From positions 297,558 to 330,203 of the forward strand of contig MU006096.1 of assembly GCA_010093705.1 (NCBI GenBank): a stretch of 32,646 nucleotides of DNA, in the 5' to 3' direction. The notes below the pieces were generated by a model. That model did not search any database. It worked only from the letters and a program-made list of their open reading frames with translations, and was not told where the DNA came from. Positions 20,225 through 30,730 of the stretch are shown here, one piece after another. Every line of letters starts with the position of its first letter. Position 1 is the stretch's first letter. This stretch comes from Patellaria atrata CBS 101060 (Eukaryota). Position numbers and translations under genes: made by a program.

Positions 20225-21337
20225 ATGGTCAAGTTATTGACGCCTCCTACACCGACAAAATCAGTCAGACGTACAAATAGGGAGAAGGGTGCCGCGTTCA
20301 AGCCAAAAACTACAACCAAACCTCGAGCGGACGCTATAGCGGCAAATACCACCGTCAGAGACCTGGGATTAGCTATAACAACTCTTATTCGTTCGGGTAT
20401 CGTGTCCAAAAATGCGGTGATCAACACTCCATTTCGTACCCCAAAAGCGGCTATATTGGCTCGAGCCACGGAGCCTTCTCCCATTCAACCTTTCCTTATC
20501 CGAAATCTTGCGCCGACGGCAGCGAGCATCTTACTAGACCACCCTGTAGACAGTATTGCCTTGATCCCTGATTAACTATTGTGCAAATATTTAAGGCGTA
20601 ATCTAGATTTCGCCGGAAAATAGCGTAATATGAGTAGAATTCTCAGTGACTGCACGAATTCCATGTCCAATGTGAGCGTTTCGGGCGTAAAGTACTATGT
20701 CCATATGAAAATCAACCCCGAACCAACCATTCTTCATCTGGATAAGGCAAAGCGTACTTTGACCCATAAGAAGCAGGCTGGACTTCCCAACCTTATGTTG
20801 GTCCCTAGTAGTAAGTTGATACAACAGTCTTCCCCAATCCTTCCCTGAAAATTTATCTCAACATACTAACTTCACAACTCAGGCCCGGTGTGGTTCAAAG
20901 TCGCTCAGCCAACTGCAGAGTCTCAAAGCACCCGAGACGGCGCCAGTTTCCTCAAGGAAGTGCAAAAGTACGGTTGTTATGTTCGCATGCATGCGAATTA
21001 CGTATTTGAGCACGAAAATCTTCACGACTTGTCGAAGAGGTATAAATTGTATGTCATTCGTCCGTATACTCGCATCTACATTCTTCCGGCGAATGAAAAG
21101 GAGAACAAGACGTTCATGACGTTGTTGGTGGGTTGTGCGGCAAGAGAGAGGGATGACAGCATAGTTCTTCCTAAGCATAGTAAGCATAGTTTAAAGACGA
21201 AGTAAGGGTATGATCTACTGAGTGTTTGGGAGAATTGGTCTTTGCGTGCGCGATATGTGGTGCACTGTGCATTGAGGAATAGTTTCTATGGACATGTGAA
21301 TGGCATGTTGCTATGGTACACATTACCCGTAGCATAG
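20225..21337 (+). pseudogene. Orphan gene or pseudogene: one reading frame with internal stops and a consensus 72-nt intron (20811-20882); intact minimal model 20630-20810 plus 20883-21205 (167 aa)
   Basis: ORFs 20099-20575, 20630-20848 and 20888-21205 share one frame. The intron has GTAAGT, TACTAAC (20864-20870) and CAG, and removes the TGA at 20846-20848. No recognisable domain. Confidence 0.5.
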
Positions 21338-22936
21338 ATGATCGTATAAAGGGTAGATTGCCGCACCTGCGGTCAATGTGATCTCTTTTACAATATTCTC
21401 CTGACAGAAATGCATTTTACGATAATACTAGACAGGTTTCTATAAGTTCGTGATATATTCTCCAGGTCACATATGCACCATGGACCACCACAAAGCGTGT
21501 ATAATCATATAACAGTCCATTTACAGCTCAGCTTGCCATTTTAATAACGAAGAAAATCTCATCAGATGGTTCTTGGAGTGAGATAACACCGCAGCAACTA
21601 GTTTATGTGCATCCTTTCCTTTCCTCATCCAAGAATACACACTAGAGAAGGGGTTCAAGATAGGCTCTGCGCAGTCCAGTACACCAACTAACGGGCAGCC
21701 CTAACATAGATCCTCCCGAACCGGTGAGAATGAAGACAGAGCTTGTCCCAATCTCATGTTATCTTCGGCCATCCAACTTCCGCTCCCGCGCCGCTCCTTA
21801 TCACTAAGGACAGAAACCCTGTATAGAGGACGCAATGACATCCGATAGCAGTAGGTGAGAAGAGGAGTGGTATAGAGAACCTGTCCCTTGCTATGCTTAA
21901 ATATATCGCGTTCTACAGTAAAGTGTAATGCGCATACGTGACGTGATATCTACTTGTAATGCGGAAATAGGTGTCCTGTCGAGCTCGAGTTATTTGCGTT
22001 CAATATGGACGTGATATGCATGACCCTCCGACGTTGCCGCGCGATCTATACGGTATGGAGTTATCTCCACAATGGAGAACGGAGCCGTGCCCGAGGAAAA
22101 TTGTACGATATGCTGGACGTACTGTGATGAGTGCTGAGACGGACGGATCTATGTACGGCCAATACGGAATGACGGTACGTGAAGAGACCAGGGAGGTGGA
22201 GACTCCTTTCGATGGTATGCTACTCCGCGTATATCTTCTCTATTGGTGGTTCGTTTTTGTCGTATACTGTGCCCTTGCTGTACGGAGCTGGCATATAAAC
22301 AATTTTGGGAAATTTGTAGTTAGTGCTGGAGGACCTAGCTTATGCATTTGTACGGTTTGTACGCCCAATGTGCCGTCACATGTTGGGTACAGCACATTCA
22401 GAAACACCTGAAGCGGTAGCCGAAGAGTAGGCTGGAAGGCTATTTACAAGCGAACGTACCATGCGACTGTCTGTAGGAGAAGACTGCAGCATCGTAACGT
22501 GGCCTACTAGTGCCAACTCCCGGCCCGGATAGGATGGTATATCAAATTATGTTGTCGCCGTACAGAAGGAGGCCCAGATGAAGGGGTTCGGACCTGATTG
22601 AACAGACTGTTCGAATTTCACACTGCGCCAAGCTTGCTCATCTGTCCTTGTGTATACATTATATATATAGTGATCGAGGAGTGTCTAACACGGCAGAGAT
22701 TGAGGCTAATATCACATGTTTTGTGCTTGATTTCTGTTGGCAATAGATAATAATCCTAGTCTATGATCCCTGGACATGGATATGTCCTACTGTCTCCTAA
22801 ACAAGATCAGTATTCAAAGGGATATGCGTGCAACGATCTGAGACTACTCACCTCTCTTCGAATTCGGAAGCTGCATAAAACAACTCTACTGTACTGTACT
22901 ACACAACCACATACAACCTCGAGTCCAGCAAATCTT

Positions 22937-23618
22937 TCAACGCCCCACAATCCTCGCCTTCGCCTCAGGTGAAAAGCACGCCTCGCCCTGCTTCAACGCA
23001 TGCACAAGAATAGGTAGCGAAGTGTCTTTGAAATCACCAGCAGAGCGAACCTTATCAAGGTCCTCAGCCAACTCTTTGGTAATCCGACGCAGATATAAAG
23101 CCGAGAAATCCAATTTCTCCGTAGGGGGTTGGGATGGTTGCTTGTCATGTTAGAAATTCTCCAATGGAATCTGCATGATTTGGTCGAATATGGACTTACT
23201 GTAATCGCACTACTCATCTCGACATCGTCGTTTACGGTTTGATCCGCGGGTTTGGATTTTGATTTTTTACGCTTCTCTTTCTTTGGCTTTGGGATATCCA
23301 CTTCTTCACTCTATGTCGAACGTTAGCAATTTGTTCTGTAAAGTATGAGAGCTAATTGAAGCACACCTCATGGACTTCATCGTATTTTTCCCCAGACCGT
23401 AACTTTCTTTTCTGCTTGGAATCAATTACTTTTGATTGATTTTCAACTTGATTTTCTGCGGCGCTACTTTGGGGATCCTCATCCGATGAGACTAAATTTT
23501 CGCTTCTATCAAAAAAGTATCTTCTAGAGTTGGAAGTCTAAGAGAGCATACCTTGAGTGCGCTTTTTGTTCTTCTTACGTCTTGACCTTCGATCTGATTC
23601 ATCTTTAGTAGCGGTCAT
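22937..23618 (-). CDS. RSA3: Ribosome assembly protein 3 (pre-60S factor); exons 23618-23552, 23491-23367, 23310-23200, 23140-22937
   Basis: Hand-spliced across three GT-AG introns. Basic/acidic N-terminus; last exon FSALYLRRITKELAEDLDKVRSAGDFKDTSLPILVHALKQGEACF matches the Rsa3 domain pattern. Confidence 0.85.
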
Positions 23619-24066
23619 GATTTGAGTTAGTTTTAGTGAGGTAGTATGAGAGTTCGCCGTTGAAGGATGTTGTTTGACGAACCCATGTCTAAATCAAGCC
23701 TAGCCTATCATGCGTATGTACAATCTACTCGGCGCCGTAAGAAAACCGCTTTTGATATTCTCAACGTTCAGTAATTTTCCTAGTATTTACACCGTCTAGA
23801 CATAGACCTAGCAGACTCCATATGCACTATTAAACTCCGCCTCAAATCCAGTCGCCATTTCCCGCCCAGTAAGGAGACCATGATATCCATTGAAAACCCC
23901 GGAATGCTCTCCAAAGCTCATTAGTCTAAAGCTTTTATCCCATCCCTACTGGAGTATAAGAAAATATTGCACAGTTGCAAGTCAAGCTGACCATAAGATA
24001 TCGCACAACGCATGATTCCATCAAAGCATGGGCTTCGTTATCTGGATGTACGAGTGCGCGTATTCT

Positions 24067-25049
24067 TCACCAGCAACGCAACTTTGACCAGAAGCCTCCA
24101 TTGTCTTTTCCGTCTCCTACTTGGTTTATCTTCTCATTCGTGGGGGTTAAAGGCTGCGTGCGAGATTTGGAAGTGATAAGGGGTCCTCCGCTAACCTTGA
24201 GACGACGAGCGTTGACAACGCGCTGGACGATAACTGTAACGTTAATTAGTAATTTTCCTCGAGGCAAGCTTCTTTATGGGGACATCATACGTGCGAAAGT
24301 TTCTTCGATGTTCACCATCTCGCGGGCACTGGTCTCCATGAAGCCGCATTTCCTGCTGCGAGCCCATTCGAGCCCTTGTCGACTCGTGACCTGACGTGCT
24401 CCCTGAAGATCGCACTTATTGCCCGCGACGATGACAACTGGTTCGACCTCACCGGAGTCAATTCGCCTCTCTTTCTCCATTTCGATCATCGACATAAAGT
24501 GGTGTAGATCATCGAGTGATCTCGGATTTGTGATATCATATACGAGGAGAAAGGCATCAGACTGGAGGTTTGAAGCCGCCCAAAGACTGCGGTATTCCTC
24601 TTGACCCGCGGTATCGGTGAGCATGAGGAAGTATGTGCGTCCATCAACCGTGCGCGTGACGGAGTATGAATCTTCTGTAAAGGTCAAGCAAGTCAGCTAT
24701 TATCGCAATTACTATGTTGCCTGGATATTGTACACGAGAAGATCACAGGGTGACAAGCGATGAGGGGTCTAAGGAGAGGCGAACCTATAGTGGGATCATA
24801 TCTATGGGCGGGATGTTAGCTAGATCATTTTAAAAGTTCAATTCTGAGAAGATGCTCACTCATGCGTCCATTGACTCCTGACCAGGCGTAACGTGATTGA
24901 GGATTTACCTGTGTGTTAGGTCTGTGTCAGTTTCTCCTCTGTCATGAACAATTGCAATTTGCACTCGACTGGATGTACGGAGATAAGGTATTCGTACCAC
25001 AACCACCATCACCGCATACGGTTATGGAAATTCTGTTCGAATCGTCCAT
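24067..25049 (-). CDS. Ras-family small GTPase; exons 25049-24998, 24908-24860, 24801-24785, 24674-24291, 24233-24067
   Basis: Spliced G-boxes: GDGGCGKS (G1), EYDPTIEDSY (G2), DTAGQEEY (G3), NKCD (G4), ETSAR (G5). Four GT-AG introns, all phase-consistent. Confidence 0.92.
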
Positions 25050-26768
25050 TGCGCGCTTCGCAACGACCCCTCTTCGCTCTCCAACACCGATTTTCCGATT
25101 CGTGGATTGAAGTTCTGGTTGGTTGTAGTTGTGTCGAATGAGCGCGCGTGTAGGACCTTTCAAAAGTGAACAATTGCTTGCAGTCTACACCCACTTGACT
25201 CGCGCAAACTCCAACAATTTTGGCCAATGGTGAATCCAGCTACAACTTTCACCTCCAGAGAGGAAGATAAATACTAGATTGCAAGTTGGCAGGCAGAAGA
25301 GGTTTCGGTTAAGGCGTTTGTTGAGATAAGATTCAAGAGGCACGGGCAAGCACGAAACAGGCACGCGACGGTAAGAGTGACCCAAAGACGAACGGAGGAG
25401 ATTGGTTTTCGTGAATTGATGTCGGCCAGGAGGTTTTCAGTAAGGTAAGGGACGGGAGTCGTACCTGGGTGATTCTGTGGCTTCTCTTGCGTGTGATGGA
25501 CTTTGGGGGGAGCCCTGGTGGTGATGGCTTCTATATTTTTACCCAAACGGTAATTAGCTCTGACATTTTCACCCTGTAACTTACTTGGTTCTTCCCGTCC
25601 CGCAATGGAACTCATACTGTTAAAGACGCTTATAGACTCTTACAAAATAATTACCTTCTCCCGTCTCCATTATTGCGCCAACCAAATGAGCGTCCGAGAT
25701 AACAAACTCCGCTTCGCCCTGTGTGGATTCGACAGCTAAGATCGTAACATGCACTCCTCAAGCCATATCTGCACGCCTATCAACAACTCATCAACACCAG
25801 GGACAGGAACCAGGAACACCATAGGCACCATGAAGATACTACCCGACAGTACCTTAGCGAATAGCTGGGACATGTCCCGTTTCAACGCTACCACCCAAAT
25901 ACCTCGTTTTATGTAACTTGATACATAGAGAGCCACCTATCACCCGATTAGGAGAGAAAATTCCAATTAAGATACTGTCGACTCGTGGCATCTCGGCTCC
26001 GTGTAGCACCATATTCGGCTGACTCTTCCGAGTAACGGTTATTTCAACGTCCACGATTGCTATACCCGTCATGATTCATAGGTATCTAGAGGGAAATACG
26101 TGACCTCCTTGCCTGATGCTCCGCACGGTCTAGAGTTGGACCAGAGAACATAAGAGACGTGTCGAATGCAAATTGTTTTACTCTAGACAACGTATATACC
26201 ACCTTGTTTATGTTTATATAATTCGTCGATTTATGCTCGCTATATGTCCCGGAGTTAAGGACAAATGCAAGTTTGAATGCAGGGTCTGGGAGCTTGGGGA
26301 TGCCAACACATCTTGCGTGAGAGGAACTACTGAGCATTATTAGGCGACATATATCACTTATACATCAGTTGAGGCGCTATGATCAGGTGAAATGGAAGCA
26401 ATCCCTTCACTGCATGGTAGATCTAAGTGTTGGTCAATATATGATATATAGCAACCTGAATATTGCACAAATAAAACATCTATCCCCATCGCTAACCGCC
26501 AAAATACCCTTGTTCTCCAGCCGATCCCTATGGCCACTTACTCACAATAACTACCTCGCGAGACAATTTATCACCGAAGACGCCAGTGCCATGATATGTA
26601 CGTCAGATACCCGAGATGTCCTTAACAGGAAGATAAAATAATCTTCAACAAGCAGTGCAGACAGATCAATAACAGCACCATCATAACATCCAACCGAACA
26701 GAATGGGGTATAAGGATTCGCCAAGGACGTCTCAAAAGATGTAAAAAAGGGGAGAAGCCGGAGCGTAC

Positions 26769-29700
26769 CTACTCCGGCTCATCGCCCTCCTCGATTTTGG
26801 GAGGAATTCCATGAGTAAGGTCCGATCCAGATAAATCCATTCGGTTTACTTTGGAAGAATGATTTGCACAGCTATTTTGAAAGGAGTGAGATCTTCTCTC
26901 CGAAGGTAAAGCGACCTGCGCTTTACCTTGGACTTCATTAAGAGTCGGTAGGGTCATCTGATGGTGTAAGGGAGAAGCACTAGCTTGGCTTGCACGATCG
27001 CTGGGGGCTGAAGCTGCAGAGGAATTCCTGGGCGATACACGGCCATTCTGCGTTGAAAGGTTAGTCAAGAAAGGGGATGATTGGAATTTGCGTTACCTGT
27101 TTCGCCCATCGTAGCCCACAGCTGTTGCATAGATCTCTATTACCACTAGGTCCCCTTCGCCACTCTGGTGTCACTTTGGTATGGCAATTAGCGCAGTCTT
27201 TCTGCAATTGACCTGCGCCCCTCCTCCGTTTTCGTTTCTTTTTGGCAGCTAATAGACTTTGCACCTCCTCAGCGAGTAAGCGGTTCCGCTTCTCCATCTG
27301 TCTCAATTCGTATTGCCAACTTGTACTTCGGGTCGTTTTCAGCTCTTCGAATATGTTATCCTCAGACGCTAACTTGGCATCCTGATGGCCGAGAGCAAGC
27401 CCATTCTGTCCAGAATAAGTCACAACAGCCCCTTCGGTGTTTTTAAATTGGCTATTAGAGGTGACGTTGGAGTTGGCATTTAATAAGGGAGTACCTTCAC
27501 CCTTGGTAGTTCTGCTGGATCCTATGCTTAGCTGAGACTCAGAGTCACGGTCGTGCTTAATTAGCAAAGACGGCCTCTTCGGAATGCCTGGTCCACGTGT
27601 CGTCTTTAACAGCCGTGTTTGTGCTACTAGAAAGGTTGGCTTTTGTCCTTCAAGAGCATCCCCTGGATATATCGTTGTGTATGCCTGGAGGACTTGACCA
27701 CGTTTGTTGATCATTTCGTGCTTGACTGAGCCCTTCTTCCCCGAACGGGCGAGCTCGAGGATCCGACCGAATTCGGGTTTCGACTCTTGTCTCATAAACG
27801 ATTGAATGCTCATGCCCACAAGCTCATCTGGCTGTCTATCCAGCAATGACCTCACATGAGATGATACAAACAGGAACATTCCCGATGTAGACATCTTCGT
27901 CCAAAGCTCGCTATCTCCGATACCCCCTGCAGAGACAACATCGCTTTTTCCGAGTGTGTATACCGGTCGTTCTCGACCGACCATGATAATACATTTGCGG
28001 CCTTTGCCTTGCTCTGTATGTAGAGAACCTTGTCCTTCGAACCACATATAGCCGCTGTGCTTTCGCCTTATACGGAAAACGATGTTGACAGAAGCGCCTC
28101 CTGAAGTATCCTTCAACTCTCGGGTGACTGGAACGATATCGCTAGGATGGCAAACTGATGAGAGAGCAGTACCAACTAGCTCCCCAGCTTCATATTCAAG
28201 AACCCTCCTACATGACGGAGAAAGATAAAGGAAGAGACCTTTGAGAGAAAGGACGTGTACGACATCGTCTGTGTTCTCCAAGAGAACTTTATCCCAGATA
28301 CGCTTAGACAGCTCAGACTCTCCGCTTACTATCGTATTCAGTACGGTAGAGACATCATCTCTGGTGACTGTCTGACCGAGATCAAGTTGACGGGAACTCT
28401 CCGGGGCATTGAACCGATATGTGGGCATAGATACCGCACGTTGATAATTAATTGAGTACGAGCCGTCTATATGGTATCGGTTAGCGACATCAGCTTAGTA
28501 CCACTTGGAGATCGTACCTGGGTTCTTATTCGTAACTGAGTTTGGTTGTTCTACGAGGTCAACCTGAAACCCAACTATGTACTTTATTTCATCTGTATCC
28601 CAGGCGATGGGAATCATGGTGAGCAAATTCATGAATGGCTGGCCTCCTCTCCTGTAATTTATCAAGCTAATTTGGGCTTCTTCTCTCTTATTAACCATGT
28701 TCTTAAGGTAGAGAACGGAATCATCGTCGACATATTTTCGCTTAACTCCAGCTTCGACCGAACCGTCGGGGGATTGTAGAAAGCGGCAATTACGACCAAG
28801 AATCATGTGCTTGCTATATCCGGTCAAACGCTCGAAATTCTCTGAGCAGTAAACTATCGGATTGTCATCCAGAGTGGCATCACACACTACGAATGCGCAT
28901 GATAAATCAACAGAACCTATGTTGATAACAGGACGTGGCCTGGTTGCAACCCGCATCTAATGATATATAAGCATCGGTACCTAAAGGGAGAAAAAAACGC
29001 TGCATACAATGACACCCATCATATCAAAACCTGAACTGGAATAAATGTTCTGAAACTGAGTCTGCATGTGAGGTCTACCGCACATTGTAGACGGTAGTAT
29101 ATCTGATACCACAAAGTCAACATTACACATGACAGGGATAATGCTCCGAGAAAGTGCGGGTCTATACCTGTGTTACCGGCCCACGGAAGATTCAAGGCGA
29201 CTGTGGAGTTAATTCCCTGACTATTGACCCGCGGAGGCATATGTGGAGTTTGGGAGAGCTGCTCGGATGTGCCGGAAGCACTGGGTACTCTGCTAACAGA
29301 CGAACCTTGTGACGGATTACTTTGAGGCCTAGACTCCGGTTGGAGATTATTTTGTAAGCTGTCTTGGGGGGTAGGCAAGTCCATCAGTTGCTCTTTCAAA
29401 TCAACAGGCTGACTAGTAGCATCCAGTGTCGGGTTTTGCATAGATGTGGGAAAGTCTTGTTGTATAGGAGACCGCATTATAGGTGAGGTGAATTGATCCG
29501 GACTGAATAGCGATAAGTTCCCTACGTCGTTGGTCATAATTGACGTGAGGTTTGGATCGCTGAGATCTAGAGGTAAAGACATATCATACGGTGTCCCTAT
29601 GTCCATATCCATCGAGCCGGTAGGGTGAATGGGGGACGCATAAGTGGAGCCAGATTGCGCCATCGCGGAGAAAGTAGTGGTATTAATGGCAAACTGTGCG

Positions 29701-30095
29701 GTCAAGGGCAAAGATTGTATTTGTGATGTTTGTTGAAATTGGATGCCTTTCGAGTCGGCGGGTTGTATACCAGCTGAGAGCATACCAGCGTTTGGATCGA
29801 ACTGAAAATCTTGAAGAGACCCTCTTGATGACTGGCCGCCGAAATCCAACATGGAGACCCTCCTCGTTTCACTGTTCAGTTCGCCTGTGGAGGATCCATA
29901 TTGCATCGGTATACTCCGCCGCCGCATAGCGGCAGAGTTCTGGTTCACGATATCGTCCAAGGATCGACTCCCGCCCATCATAGTGTTGACTGGAGATACA
30001 CCACCGTTCATCATATGTCCCATATCATTATTCCCATTACTACCACTACTTGACCCTTCATCTCTATTGAACCCTCGGCCATAGTACCCATCCAT
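26769..30095 (-). CDS. wc-1: White collar-1 blue-light photoreceptor and GATA transcription factor (WC-1/LreA); exons 30095-29168, 29102-29008, 28956-28518, 28466-27097, 27047-26769
   Basis: YSSSGFDM cap; LOV domain with GRNCRFLQ photoactive Cys; two further PAS domains; basic [15 protein letters not shown] finger [26 protein letters not shown]. Four phase-consistent introns. Confidence 0.96.
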
Positions 30096-30730
30096 CGTAT
30101 TCAGACCGCGATGAGAACATACGACCGAGGGGTAGGACTTGCGGGAGGCTTGGAAGTCGTATTGAAGAGAAAGGGGGTACGAGCTTGGGTTGAGTTGCTC
30201 TCTGAGAGCATAGATCAACTCGCGAGGGAGGCCAGCTTGACAGTATATGACTGAGTGTCGGGAGGAGTGAAGTGGTTGACTGTTACAATATCGGCCATAG
30301 AATTAAATGACGCATGACATCAAGGAGCAATAAGGCGAACAGTTCCCAAGATTGCAACCGAACACTGATAGTAAGCAATGCTAGTATGCAGCTTGAGTAA
30401 TATGGTACTGGGCGGATTGTATCCAGCATCAACTAGGGGTGGGGACTCACTGGGAGCGGATGGTTGTCCGTACTTTGCGAAACTTACGCACCTCAAGCGA
30501 TTTGACAGCTTGACGACCACTTTCCCATTTCACCATCCCGCCGCTAAACCGAAAATATAAAATCCCCCAATCCTCCCGTCTAGCCATCTGCTCTAGCGAT
30601 TCCCTGCAGAGAGTTTATACCGAAGAGCCTCATCCTCAATTTTCCCTTATATCCATGCTTACGATCTGTCGATGAAGCTGGTCGAAGTGAATTGATTCAC
30701 CGGCAGTCCTGATTTTACATCCTCATAATT

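Noticed and set aside
22120..22140. GTGATGA C-box and GCTGAGA (snoRNA-like or TPP-riboswitch-like words)
   Set aside because: No D box at a suitable distance, no terminal stem and none of the remaining TPP aptamer elements.
21971..22411. 146-aa plus-strand ORF with a GTG start
   Set aside because: Non-ATG start, no domain, and it overlaps the motif cluster; more likely non-coding.
30096..30218. 41-codon TTG-initiated N-terminal extension of WC-1 in the ORF track
   Set aside because: Near-cognate start with no support; ATG 30095 (MDGYY) has an A at -3 and is the simpler start.
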